Of a DNA stretch of 64,000 nucleotides, positions 29,228 to 38,379 are shown piece by piece. This DNA is from Dehalococcoidia bacterium (GTDB lineage Bacteria; Chloroflexota; Dehalococcoidia; Lucifugimonadales; UBA3495): positions 529,970-593,969 of the forward strand of contig OZ247427.1 in the NCBI GenBank assembly GCA_965232815.1, read 5' to 3'. A program made the translations under genes and the position numbers. Within the stretch, counting starts at the first letter, position 1; the number at the start of each line of letters is the position of its first letter. The notes under the pieces were generated by a model. It searched no databases. It was not told the DNA's origin and saw nothing but the letters and a program-made list of their open reading frames with translations.

Positions 29228-29653
29228 ATGACCAGCATGAATGGAAGCAAAGTCAGTGATCAAAAGGTCGGCACCACGGTGTTGGTGGTGATGATGGAGG
29301 TGGACCCGGCGGACGACGAGGTGTTCAACAAGTGGTACAACGAGGAACACGTGCCGGAGCGCATGTCCATCCCCGGCTACATCAGCGCGCGCCGGTTTAT
29401 GCTGGACCCGGAGGACGGGCAGGCCAACAACGTCATGCGCTACCTGTGCATCTGGGAGATGGAGGACGACAGCCCTCTGCAGTCCCAGTTCTACAAGGAC
29501 CAGAACGCCAAGCCGACGCCCACGAAAGACGCAGCCGGCGCGGTCGTCAAGAGCCGGGCGCGCGGCCTGTACCGACAGATATTCCCGGCCGCCGGCGGTT
29601 ACAGCGACCGGGTGGGTTACACGTACCCCGACGGAACGCGAATCGGAGCGTAG
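29228..29653 (+). CDS. DUF4286/EthD-like dimeric alpha-beta barrel protein
   Basis: FNKWYNEEHVPERMSIPGY.SARRF motif; AAGGAG RBS. Confidence 0.78.
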   Translation: MTSMNGSKVSDQKVGTTVLVVMMEVDPADDEVFNKWYNEEHVPERMSIPGYISARRFMLDPEDGQANNVMRYLCIWEMEDDSPLQSQFYKDQNAKPTPTKDAAGAVVKSRARGLYRQIFPAAGGYSDRVGYTYPDGTRIGA

Positions 29654-29698
29654 CGTTTCGGTTGAACGGCTCTGATAAGTCGTAGAGATTGTTGGTTT

Positions 29699-29725
29699 GT
29701 AGGGGCGACAAATATTCGCCCCTAC
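29699..29725. repeat. GTAG-type REP palindrome, copy 2
   Basis: GTAGGGGCGA-caaatat-TCGCCCCTAC between convergent genes. Confidence 0.78.
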
Positions 29726-29731
29726 TTGCCG

Positions 29732-31105
29732 TTAAATGCGCGTCAGGCGCAGCAGGGCGCTGATGTCCTGCTCCTCTTCCAGCCGCCATAGGCGCGCGAG
29801 CAGTTCCTCGGTCTGATCGGGGGACAGCAGGTCCTCGCAGAGGGCGCGGAATTTTTCATCCACCTCGGCATCGGTCATTGGATTCCGGTAGTGCCCCCGG
29901 AAGTGGGCGACCTCGGAGCTATAGGTCTGCCCGTTGTTCATCCGCAGGTCCAGGTTGCACAGCATTGCATCCGGGAAGCGTCGGTTGGCCTCCTCGGTCG
30001 CCTCGATCCGGGTGCTGCCGATCAGCGTCGCGATCGCGGGGTCGTTGATGTGCTCGTCGGAAAAGTGACTCTGGTTCAGCATGTTGTGCTTCAGCGCAAT
30101 CGCCGTGGCATAGGGCATGCTGTGGTCAGCCGATTCGCGGGTCCTGGGATTGTACTTCTCCTCGTCGCCAGCCATGATGTCGATGGCCTTTTGCAGCGTG
30201 CGAATGTGTACGCCCTCAACGTTGGCTTCGTTGAAATCAGGCACCTGCCGGCGAGCTTCGAGGACGGCTTCGACCACGGTTTGTGAATAGAGACCGAGTG
30301 CGAAGTGCTTGATGTTGCACTCGTGCACTTTGAAAGGCTGTCCCTGGTCGCCGCCAAATGGTTCCAGTTCGTACGGCGCCTTGGTGACTGCGGCAAAGAA
30401 GCCAAGCTCGCCTTCAAATATCGGGCCCGGGCCAGTGAGTCCACGTTCTGCCAGCAGAGCGGCGAACACGGCGTTGCGGCTGGCATTGGCGTAAGCGCAT
30501 CCCTTCCAGTGGGAGAGTTCTCCGACGCGGGTCTGTCCCAGCGCCAGGTTCGGCGTGATTCCCAAGTTCAACGCCTGCTCGGTTTGAGCGGCCGACAGTC
30601 CCATCGCGCGGGCGGCGCCCAGGGAACTGGCGATGGCGCCGTTGGTCACATGGTCGAAACCCAGGGCGCGTATGTTGAAAGCGTCGCCGAACCGGCAGAA
30701 TGCCTCGTACGCGACGGCCGTGGCGGTGATGAACCGGCGGCCGCCGGCCCCGGCCAGTTCCGCGCCGGCCAGAGTGGCGGCGATGCTGTCGCTGGGGTGC
30801 CCGGATTCCAGCGTGGTATAGCCGTCGTTGAAGTCCAGGTAGCGGATCATCACGCCGTTGGCGAACGTGGCCAGATCGGGGCTACTGGTCATCCCATTTC
30901 CGATGACGGTCACGGGACGACGGTGTCCAGTTATCTCGCCGGCCAGGTCTCGGGCAATTTTGCTGGGCTCGGACGTGTATCCCCCAATGGCGCAACCAAT
31001 CGTGTCGATGGTCATCCGTTTGAAGAGGTGAACCGATTCGGCGGGGATATCGCCGAAGTGGAGGTTGGCGGAATAGTTGGAGACGTACTCGGCAATGGTG
31101 GGCAT
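29732..31105 (-). CDS. MmgE/PrpD family protein (2-methylcitrate dehydratase-like)
   Basis: IRYLDFND, GHPSD, GFDH, LSHWKG, RESADHSMPY. Confidence 0.9.
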   Translation of the reverse strand: MPTIAEYVSNYSANLHFGDIPAESVHLFKRMTIDTIGCAIGGYTSEPSKIARDLAGEITGHRRPVTVIGNGMTSSPDLATFANGVMIRYLDFNDGYTTLESGHPSDSIAATLAGAELAGAGGRRFITATAVAYEAFCRFGDAFNIRALGFDHVTNGAIASSLGAARAMGLSAAQTEQALNLGITPNLALGQTRVGELSHWKGCAYANASRNAVFAALLAERGLTGPGPIFEGELGFFAAVTKAPYELEPFGGDQGQPFKVHECNIKHFALGLYSQTVVEAVLEARRQVPDFNEANVEGVHIRTLQKAIDIMAGDEEKYNPRTRESADHSMPYATAIALKHNMLNQSHFSDEHINDPAIATLIGSTRIEATEEANRRFPDAMLCNLDLRMNNGQTYSSEVAHFRGHYRNPMTDAEVDEKFRALCEDLLSPDQTEELLARLWRLEEEQDISALLRLTRI

Positions 31106-31278
31106 GGCAGGCTCCGTTTCAATTGATCGCAGGGGTAGACGGTGATTGCATTGGATTGACGGGATTATATGACAGATAGGGACGCATGATGCTATTCGGG
31201 CCGTGAAGCGGACGGCACAATCCGATCACGGAAACGGTCCCGAACCGTGGGTGAAACCCGGTGCAAACAAAACCGAGG

Positions 31279-32100
31279 CTAGGCGGTCAACCCCTGTTTG
31301 CGCAACGTGCGTCGCGCCCGATTTACGATCCAGCGTGTTTCACGACTTGGAGAATCAACCAGCCAACGTTCTGTGACGCCAATCACCCAATCGGGCTGCG
31401 TTTTGCTGGCGTCGTTGAGCCAGTTGGCAACCGCGGTCTGTACGTATCGGGACGGATCAGAGCGAACCGGTTCCAGGATCGGCAAGCCCAGCGCGGGGTC
31501 GGATTTCAGCGCAGGAATGTGCGCCGTCCACACACCCATGGGGCGAGTGCTCTCCACGGCGCAGCGCCGGATATTTGCGTCTGGGTCAACCACCCAAGGC
31601 AGCAGCAGTTCGATTCCCGTTCCCAGATCGGCAACGACGTGCGGACGGAAGGAATCCCAGGCACATTCGCGCACCGCGTGGGAGCGGTCGGCGGCGAAGC
31701 GGCGGGCGATTTGCAGCCTCCGATCAAGCGGCATATCAGGATTGGCGGTTACTAAATAGGCGGCCCAGGCCCGCGCCATGTCGGACCCGTGGGTCGCCAA
31801 CCTCTCAAACACGGTGTCGCATTGCTGATGTTCAACGAGAACATCGCGCAGGGCTTGACCAATGCCTCTCATCCGCTTGGTGACGCCCTCACCGGCCAGG
31901 GCTTGGGCAGCCGAGACCAGGGTGTGGGTTTGGTCCGCGAGGCCGATCGCCGGCGCGATGTTGCCCATCAGGGTCGCCATGTCGATCGCCAACCACTCGA
32001 CCAGCGTGACCGTATCCTCCCTACCTTCGTTTAACGCCGCCAGAACGTCAGGCGGGATATCGGCAATACGGGAAGCGCCTTTCCGCCGGGGCTCAGTCAT
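31279..32100 (-). CDS. DNA alkylation repair protein (HEAT-repeat AlkC/AlkD-like)
   Basis: VRECAW, NIRRCAVESTRP.GVW, DPSRYVQ.AVANWLNDASK..PDWV. Confidence 0.85.
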   Translation of the reverse strand: MTEPRRKGASRIADIPPDVLAALNEGREDTVTLVEWLAIDMATLMGNIAPAIGLADQTHTLVSAAQALAGEGVTKRMRGIGQALRDVLVEHQQCDTVFERLATHGSDMARAWAAYLVTANPDMPLDRRLQIARRFAADRSHAVRECAWDSFRPHVVADLGTGIELLLPWVVDPDANIRRCAVESTRPMGVWTAHIPALKSDPALGLPILEPVRSDPSRYVQTAVANWLNDASKTQPDWVIGVTERWLVDSPSRETRWIVNRARRTLRKQGLTA

Positions 32101-32134
32101 GGGAGACAGCGCGTCACACGCGTCTGCATCGGGC

Positions 32135-32728
32135 TCACTGCGTGGATTGGCCGTGAAACTGCGCCACCTGGTCGAGATAGTTCTGCAGCAGGTCGTGGCC
32201 CACGATGGTCATGATCGACTCGGGGTGGAATTGAATGCCTTCGACCGGCAGTTCCTTGTGCCGCACGCCCATGATCAGGCCGTTGTCGGTCCAGGCCGTG
32301 ACCTCCAGAAAGTCTGGCACGGTGTCAGGATAGATGACCAGGCTGTGGTAGCGGATGGCCTCAAATGGGTTGGGCAGGCCGGCGAATACTCCCTTGCCGT
32401 CGTGGTGGATCATCGATGTCTTGCCGTGTCGGATTTCGCCGGCGCGGTCGACCGTTGCGCCATAGGCGTCGCCGATGCACTGGTGGCCCAGGCACACGCC
32501 CAACACCGGGAGTTTGGGACCAAAGTGCCGGATCACATCATTGGATATTCCGGCCTCGCGGGGCGTGCAGGGGCCCGGCGACACCACAATGCCCTCCGGC
32601 TGCATGGCCTCAATATCCTCGATGGAAGTCTTGTCGTTCCGGACAACCTCTACGTCGGCGCCCAGTTCGCACAGGTACTGGTAAAGGTTGTAGGTGAAAC
32701 TGTCGTAGTTGTCGATGAGCAGCAGCAT
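32135..32728 (-). CDS. trpG: Anthranilate/aminodeoxychorismate synthase component II
   Basis: MLLLIDNYDSFTYNL, SPGPCTP, LGVCLGHQ, RYHSL, QFHPES. Confidence 0.93.
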   Translation of the reverse strand: MLLLIDNYDSFTYNLYQYLCELGADVEVVRNDKTSIEDIEAMQPEGIVVSPGPCTPREAGISNDVIRHFGPKLPVLGVCLGHQCIGDAYGATVDRAGEIRHGKTSMIHHDGKGVFAGLPNPFEAIRYHSLVIYPDTVPDFLEVTAWTDNGLIMGVRHKELPVEGIQFHPESIMTIVGHDLLQNYLDQVAQFHGQSTQ

Positions 32729-33168
32729 CAGTAAAGCTCCACCAGTTCCAGCCAGTTCCCATCGGGATCCTGGCAATAGGACGCCTTGCGCACCATCTTG
32801 CCGCTGTCGTCATACATCGGAACCGGCGGCGTCGGGTACGCCAGGCCTCGGTTGCGGGTGTTTTCGTAGAACGCGTCAATATCCTCCACGAAGAAGGCCA
32901 AATGGGCCGCTCGAACGTCATTCTTGTCGAAGTGGGCATGTCCGCCTTCGGGGTTGATGTACTGGATCAACTCCAACTGGTGGCCGTCGCTCATTTCGAA
33001 GAACGCGCCCTTGATGTGGGTTTCGGGGAACCCCAGCAGCGTCGTGGGAAACTCGCCGGTCCGCTCAGTGCGCATGGTCAGGGTCAGGCCCAGCACGTCG
33101 GAGTAAAAGTCGATGGCGGCCTCCAGATCTTTGACGATGAAACCGGTGTGAAAGAACGATTTGAGCAT
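32728..33168 (-). CDS. VOC family protein within the trp operon
   Basis: HTGFIV.DLE..I.FY, QLELIQY, HLAFFV, DPDGNWLEL; stop overlaps the trpG ATG. Confidence 0.87.
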   Translation of the reverse strand: MLKSFFHTGFIVKDLEAAIDFYSDVLGLTLTMRTERTGEFPTTLLGFPETHIKGAFFEMSDGHQLELIQYINPEGGHAHFDKNDVRAAHLAFFVEDIDAFYENTRNRGLAYPTPPVPMYDDSGKMVRKASYCQDPDGNWLELVELY

Positions 33169-33222
33169 GATGGCCTCCGGTTGGGTTTCACATCGATGGA
33201 CGGGTTGTACTGAATATTCGAG

Positions 33223-34683
33223 CTAGGCGCCGCCCTCAGCAACGTCGATGGCGCGCATCATTGCGCCGGATTTGTGGCGTGTTTCCATGTATTCGTCCTC
33301 GGCGACGCTGTCCGCGACCACGCCTCCGCCGGCTTGCACGTACATCACGCCGTCCTTGAATATGCCGGTGCGCAGGACGAGCGCGGTGTCCATGTTGCCG
33401 TTGTAGTTGAAGTACGCCACCGCGCCGCCGTAGGGCCCACGCCGTTCCTGCTCCATCTCCGCGATTATCTCCATGGCGCGGATCTTGGGCGCGCCGGATA
33501 CCGTGCCGGCGGGAAAGCATGCCCGCAGGGCGTCGTACGGGGTCATGTCGGGACGCAGTTGACCCTCCACATGAGACACCAGGTGCATCACGTGGGAGAA
33601 GCGCTCCACGTCCATGTACTGCGTGACCTTGACCGTGCCGGGCACGCTGACCCGGCCGATGTCGTTGCGTCCCAGGTCCAGCAGCATGATGTGTTCGGCC
33701 TGCTGCTTTTCGCTGCCTTTCAGTTCCTCTTCGAGAGCCACATCCTCGGCCGGTGTCTGGCCGCGCGGGCGGGTGCCCGCGATGGGATGCGTGGCGACGG
33801 TGCCATCGTGGACGGTGGCGACGGTCTCGATGGCCGCGCCAACGATCTGGAATCCGTTGAGGTCCAGATAGTACATGTACGGGGACGGATTGCTGCCCCG
33901 CAGGGCCCGGTACACCTGGAATGGATGCGCGTCGGTCTTGCGGCTGAACCGCTGGGAGTTGACCACCTGGATGACGTCGCCGGCGTAGATGTATTCAATG
34001 CACTTGTCGACGACCGCCTCGTATTCCGGGACGGTGAAGTTGGATTGAGTTTCCCCGCCCGATGGCATAGCGGGTTGGGCCAGCAGTTCGGGCGGGATCT
34101 CCAGCGGTCTGGTCAGCCGGTCCACCACCCGTTCGATCTTGGCGACGGCCGCTTCGTAGGCCGCGTCGATGTCGCCATCATCAAGCCGAGCATGGCCCAC
34201 GACCTTGATATCGTGGCGCAGGTGGTCAAACACCAGCAGCGTGTCGGTGAACATGAACACCGACTCCGGCAGGCCTTGCGGGTCCGATTCGAGCAAGGGC
34301 ACGCGCGGTTCAAAATAGTGCACGGCGTCGTATGCCACGTAGCCCACGCCTCCGCCGTGGAAGGGCGGCAGGCCCTCAACGTCAATGAGTTTGAACGAGT
34401 CCATCTCCCGCTGCACCAGGGTGAGCGGATCGACCTGCCCGGAGGGTTGGTCCGCGCCGGTGCTGAACACGTCGTAGGGTTCGGTGCCGATGAAGCTGTA
34501 GCGGCCGATGCGTTCGCCGCCGGCCACCGATTCAAGCAGGAATGAATACGGGGGTCTGGCGACCTTCAGGTAAGCCGACACGGGAGTTTCCAGATCGGCG
34601 TTTATGGTGCAATAAACCGGGCACAGGTTGCCTTGGTCGGTCATCGACCGGACCTGTTCCAGTGTGGGGTAGTAAGTGCTCAA
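33223..34683 (-). CDS. trpE: Anthranilate synthase component I
   Basis: FLLES, GRYSFIG, NPSPYM, HPIAGTRPRG, EHIMLLDLGRND, PAGTVSGAPKIRAM. Likely TTG start at 34683, downstream of the T-box. Confidence 0.92.
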   Translation of the reverse strand: MSTYYPTLEQVRSMTDQGNLCPVYCTINADLETPVSAYLKVARPPYSFLLESVAGGERIGRYSFIGTEPYDVFSTGADQPSGQVDPLTLVQREMDSFKLIDVEGLPPFHGGGVGYVAYDAVHYFEPRVPLLESDPQGLPESVFMFTDTLLVFDHLRHDIKVVGHARLDDGDIDAAYEAAVAKIERVVDRLTRPLEIPPELLAQPAMPSGGETQSNFTVPEYEAVVDKCIEYIYAGDVIQVVNSQRFSRKTDAHPFQVYRALRGSNPSPYMYYLDLNGFQIVGAAIETVATVHDGTVATHPIAGTRPRGQTPAEDVALEEELKGSEKQQAEHIMLLDLGRNDIGRVSVPGTVKVTQYMDVERFSHVMHLVSHVEGQLRPDMTPYDALRACFPAGTVSGAPKIRAMEIIAEMEQERRGPYGGAVAYFNYNGNMDTALVLRTGIFKDGVMYVQAGGGVVADSVAEDEYMETRHKSGAMMRAIDVAEGGA

Positions 34684-34719
34684 GGTTTGTCGTCCAGCGG
34701 TTGTGTCAGGAGGCAATAG

Positions 34720-34955
34720 AAAAAGCCCGTCCTCGAGGGACGAGCCAAATGGTCGCAATGCCACCCTGCGTGCGGTGTTTTGCGGGCGTATAACGCAGCC
34801 CACGCGGTCCGGCCTACTCAGATAGGTTCCTCGTGCGATTCGATCTTTTCGGAGAACGGCTCCGGGGTCCATTGGGCGTCTGCGGCTGGCGCCGGTTCAC
34901 AGCAACTCCGGCTCTCTGGGCCTCGCTGGACGCCTACTACTCCCCTTCACAGCGA
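34720..34955 (-). promoter_or_regulatory. T-box riboswitch, Trp-specific, with intrinsic terminator
   Basis: Stem I with GUGA, AGUA, AGAGA and GCUGUGA elements; UGG specifier at 34871-34869; T-box AGGGUGGCAUUGCG at 34767-34754; terminator GCUCGUCC-CUCGA-GGACGGGC-UUUUU at 34745-34720. Confidence 0.9.
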
Positions 34956-34981
34956 TTGGGTATTCGGTTGTGCGAGTAGCA

Positions 34982-35010
34982 ATTGTATGGTGAGCCGTTG
35001 AGGGCGTCAA
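34982..35010 (-). promoter_or_regulatory. Sigma70 promoter of the trp leader
   Basis: TTGACG-N17-TACAAT. Confidence 0.8.
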
Positions 35011-35011
35011 A

Positions 35012-35409
35012 TCAACGGCTGGCCGGGAAGCGGTCCAGCGGGCCGGGCCAACCGAGGATTTGGCGGTCGCCGGTGATCAACTGGTGCCCATCCTGAGCGG
35101 TGGCTACTATGATGCGATCGGCTGGGTCATCGTGAAAATCGGTCAGGGCGACGGAGCGTGAGGCGATGACTCCATCTCCGGGACCTCGGTAAATCCGCCG
35201 GAAAGAAGGCTCGAGCGCCACTGCATCGCGTCCACATTGAGGGTAAGGCGACGTTTCGACAACAACAAAGCCACTTCCCACACCGAGATTGCTGAGAAAG
35301 CGGCGTCTCCATCCGTGATTGCTTGCTGAATGCGGTGGTCGGCTCTGGGGCCGAGTCTTGGATTCTGGGTCATGTACCAAATGAGGGTGTGCGTATCCGA
35401 AAGGATCAA
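35012..35409 (-). pseudogene. vapC: VapC/PIN-domain toxin with a 1-nt frameshift
   Basis: N-half (ILSDTHTLIW..SAISVWEV) and C-half (FHDDPADRIIVATA..LITGD) are in different frames; the switch is at about 35177-35178. Confidence 0.8.
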
Positions 35410-35690
35410 GCAGATTGCTCCTCATCATGGCCTGTGCATGAGGTGTACCATTCCGGCGGCATCGGAGACACGATGTCGCCGTGGATCTGTACCTGGCCTT
35501 TGAGGGAGCCCCGGACAGGATCAGGAGTTTCCTGGTATCTGGTGATCTGCACGATAGGTTCGTCGCCGTAGAAGATGATAGCTTTGCCGTCATGCTCAAA
35601 CACGTGGGTCATGATTTCCAAGCAGCGTTCTTTGAACTCTTCGGTGGAGAGCGTGTGCAGCTTTTCGTGGTAGGGGACTGGTTCGGCCAT
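35406..35690 (-). CDS. Phd/YefM-like antitoxin
   Basis: EFKERCLEIM..V..II...EPIVQI..GSLKG..I.GDIVSP; GGAGG RBS; overlaps the vapC start. Confidence 0.8.
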   Translation of the reverse strand: MAEPVPYHEKLHTLSTEEFKERCLEIMTHVFEHDGKAIIFYGDEPIVQITRYQETPDPVRGSLKGQVQIHGDIVSPMPPEWYTSCTGHDEEQSA

Positions 35691-35741
35691 GGTTTCCTCC
35701 GGCCATACGGCGGCCCAGGTGGTGACGCTTCATCGAGCATA

Positions 35742-36710
35742 TCACGGCGTCAGCAGTATCTTCCCCGTCGTCTCCCGCCCCTCCAGGCGGCGGTGGGCCT
35801 CGGCAGCTTCGGCCAGCGGGAGGTTGAGGGTGACGTTCAGCCTGACCCTGCCGGATTGGACCCAGTCCAGGCACTCCTCCGCGCGCTTCAGCAGTTCGGG
35901 CCGCGTCGCCGTGAAATCACCCAGGGATGGACGTGTGAGGTACAGGGAACCGTTCCGCAGGGCGGCGGAGTCCACCTGACCCACGGGGCCGCCGGCCTGT
36001 CCATACAGGCACATGCAGCCGCGTCGCCCCAGGATGCGCAGACCCTTCTCGAACGTGGTCGCGCCGACTGCGTCGTAAATGATCTTGACGCCCTCTCCAT
36101 TCGTCATCCGCCGGATTTCTTCCTCGAAGTCCTGCCGCGTGTAGAGGATCACGTCATCGGCGCCGGCGTTGCTGGCGAGGGCTGCCTTATCGTCAGTCGA
36201 TACGGTGGTGTACACATGCAGGCCCATGCGCTTCAACATCTGGATGAGCAGCAGACCCATGCCGCCGGCCCCGGCGTGGACGAGGGCGCTTTGACCGGCC
36301 TGAAGAGGGATGATGTCATTGACCAGGAAGTGGGCCGTCATGCACTGCAGCAGGGTCGCCGCGCCCAAATCGAAGTCCATGGTGTCGGGGATGCGCACCA
36401 GCAGCCAGGCAGGAACGGCCTGCTGCTCGGCATAGGACCCGGTGTGCATCGCGTAGGCGACGCGATCACCAACCGCGACCTCGGTTACGCCCTCGCCCAC
36501 GGCAATCACTTCGCCTGATGCCTCGCGCCCGGGAGTCCACGGGAACGCCGCTGGCGGGTTGGTGCCCTTGCGGCTGGACACGTCGGTATAGTTCACGCCG
36601 ATGTTGCGGATGGATACTACGGCCTCCCCTGCTGCGGGCGTAGGTTCGGGCATTTCTTCGTATTTCAGGACGCTGGGGCTGCCGACTTCGTAAGCGCGTA
36701 TGCCTTTCAT
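35742..36710 (-). CDS. qor: NADPH:quinone oxidoreductase (zeta-crystallin/MDR)
   Basis: IGVNYTD, GREASG, GSYAE, HAGAGGMG, GSLYLTRPSL, TTGKILL; GGAGG RBS. Confidence 0.9.
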   Translation of the reverse strand: MKGIRAYEVGSPSVLKYEEMPEPTPAAGEAVVSIRNIGVNYTDVSSRKGTNPPAAFPWTPGREASGEVIAVGEGVTEVAVGDRVAYAMHTGSYAEQQAVPAWLLVRIPDTMDFDLGAATLLQCMTAHFLVNDIIPLQAGQSALVHAGAGGMGLLLIQMLKRMGLHVYTTVSTDDKAALASNAGADDVILYTRQDFEEEIRRMTNGEGVKIIYDAVGATTFEKGLRILGRRGCMCLYGQAGGPVGQVDSAALRNGSLYLTRPSLGDFTATRPELLKRAEECLDWVQSGRVRLNVTLNLPLAEAAEAHRRLEGRETTGKILLTP

Positions 36711-36772
36711 GGTGTTTGCCTCCGGTCGTATTTTCGGGTGTTTGACGGGGTGGACGGACGCGCCCAATCGGG

Positions 36773-38104
36773 TCAGCCGCCCAGGACGGACGCCATGCCG
36801 GTCACGTTTTCGATTTCGGCGATGCCACGGAAACTGGCGATCGCTTCGTCGATATGGTCCGCCGGCAGGATGTAACGCGTGCAGTAAAGGAACTTGGCCT
36901 CCAACTCCTCGGCATCGAGGGGCATGGCCGGCGTCCCGCGCGGATGGTCCACGCGATGCCGCAGGGTCCGGCCGTCGCTCAGACTTACCGCCACCTCCGC
37001 AGGGTGTGAGGCCAATGGTGACGCGGTCAGCGTCGCTTCCACCGATATGCGGCCCATCACGGCGCGGACGCCGTCGTCCTGCACCGCAGGATCGGAGAAA
37101 AAGTTGATCAGCGGCTGGCCGTGGCACAGGGTCGCCGCCGCGATGAAACCGATGGACGTGCGAGCCTGCCAACCGTCGGACGGCAGCACGTTCGTTAAGT
37201 CCCGCAGGGTTTCGGCGGTCACGCCGACGTGCGCCGATACGATGTCGTTGGAGCCGAATCTATGAAGCTGCAACAGTCCCAGGATCGCGTCGATCACGCT
37301 GTGGCCGGCAGAATGGCACGGATACAGGCGGATGGTCACGCCCGGATCCAGCAAGCGCCAGTCGCGGCCCAGGCCGTCAAGAGCCCCGTCTGCCACCACA
37401 TCATGCGCGGGCGCCGCCTGCATGCCTTCGGCCGCTGTGATCGCCGCCAGCACCCCGTGCGTCGCGGAGTGTCCCTCGGGAATGGACGCAGCTCCGGCGG
37501 ATCGGTACCCGATGCCCGTATTGGCGGACGTGGCGGCCATACCGACGGCGTTGGCTATCGTCGATTCCTCGGGCGCGAACAGCATCGCTGACGCCGTCGC
37601 CGCTCCGATGGAACCGCACGCTCGACCAATCTGCGGCGCCTGTGACATCCGGGCGGTGATCTCGCAACCAACGGCGAACGCCGCCAGGACCGAGTTGCCC
37701 GCATATCCGTTCATCTCGCCCAACGCCATAACAGCGGGGAACACTGCGGCCGTGGGATGGACCTGCGGCGCCCCTGTGCCGCCGGACTCCACAAGGTTGT
37801 CGTCGAAATCCAACAGGCGGATCAGTGTCCCGTTGACCAGGGCCGCGTGAACCGGGGACGTACGTTGACCCATGCCGATGATGGTGCTCCGGCCGTTGCC
37901 CCCCATGGCGCGCAATCCGCGGGCCAGCGCGATGCCGTCGGGATGGGCGGCGCCGGCCAGCGCGGCGGCGGCGGCGTTGAGCATCATGTCGCGGCACATA
38001 TCGGCGACGAGGTCCGGCAGACCGTCCGGATGTTCGGCGATCTCGGCCGCAAAACGGGCGATTCGTCGGGCGAAGTCGGGTTGGTCCTGTTGAGCGGTAG
38101 TCAT
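36773..38104 (-). CDS. MmgE/PrpD family protein, divergent paralogue
   Basis: AALVNGT..RLLDFDD, HPTAAVFPA, GCEI, YPCH, PRGTP..P. Confidence 0.82.
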   Translation of the reverse strand: MTTAQQDQPDFARRIARFAAEIAEHPDGLPDLVADMCRDMMLNAAAAALAGAAHPDGIALARGLRAMGGNGRSTIIGMGQRTSPVHAALVNGTLIRLLDFDDNLVESGGTGAPQVHPTAAVFPAVMALGEMNGYAGNSVLAAFAVGCEITARMSQAPQIGRACGSIGAATASAMLFAPEESTIANAVGMAATSANTGIGYRSAGAASIPEGHSATHGVLAAITAAEGMQAAPAHDVVADGALDGLGRDWRLLDPGVTIRLYPCHSAGHSVIDAILGLLQLHRFGSNDIVSAHVGVTAETLRDLTNVLPSDGWQARTSIGFIAAATLCHGQPLINFFSDPAVQDDGVRAVMGRISVEATLTASPLASHPAEVAVSLSDGRTLRHRVDHPRGTPAMPLDAEELEAKFLYCTRYILPADHIDEAIASFRGIAEIENVTGMASVLGG

Positions 38105-38178
38105 GGCAACGTAAGCATAGCGACGGGCCCGGATTGACGCAACGCGGCCCAAATCACCGCCGAGTGTATAATGCGGCA

Positions 38179-38370
38179 ATGCACCGCAGAGAGGTGATCC
38201 GGCGGCTGAAGGCGGATGGTTGGTACGTTGACCGTATCAAGGGTTCTCATCACCAGATGAAGCACTCGCGTAAGCCCGGTACTGCCTCGGTACCCCACCC
38301 AGAAAAGGACCTGAAAATAGCAACGATAATCAGCATCGAGAAGCAGTCAGGCGTCAGGCTACGACGATAA
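38179..38370 (+). CDS. hicA: HicA family toxin (probably leaderless mRNA)
   Basis: L..DGW...R.KGSHHQ.KH..KPG..VPHP.KDL; TATAAT ends 6 nt before the ATG and no RBS is present. Confidence 0.92.
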   Translation: MHRREVIRRLKADGWYVDRIKGSHHQMKHSRKPGTASVPHPEKDLKIATIISIEKQSGVRLRR

Positions 38371-38379
38371 GGAGCCGCT

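Noticed and set aside
34684-34872. N-terminal extension of the trpE ORF in the ORF track
   Set aside because: It overlaps the T-box and terminator; TrpE-like sequence begins near TTG 34683.
38134-38139. TTGACG as the -35 box, or TTG as the start, of hicA
   Set aside because: The 27-nt distance to TATAAT is too long for a -35; HicA-like sequence starts at ATG 38179.
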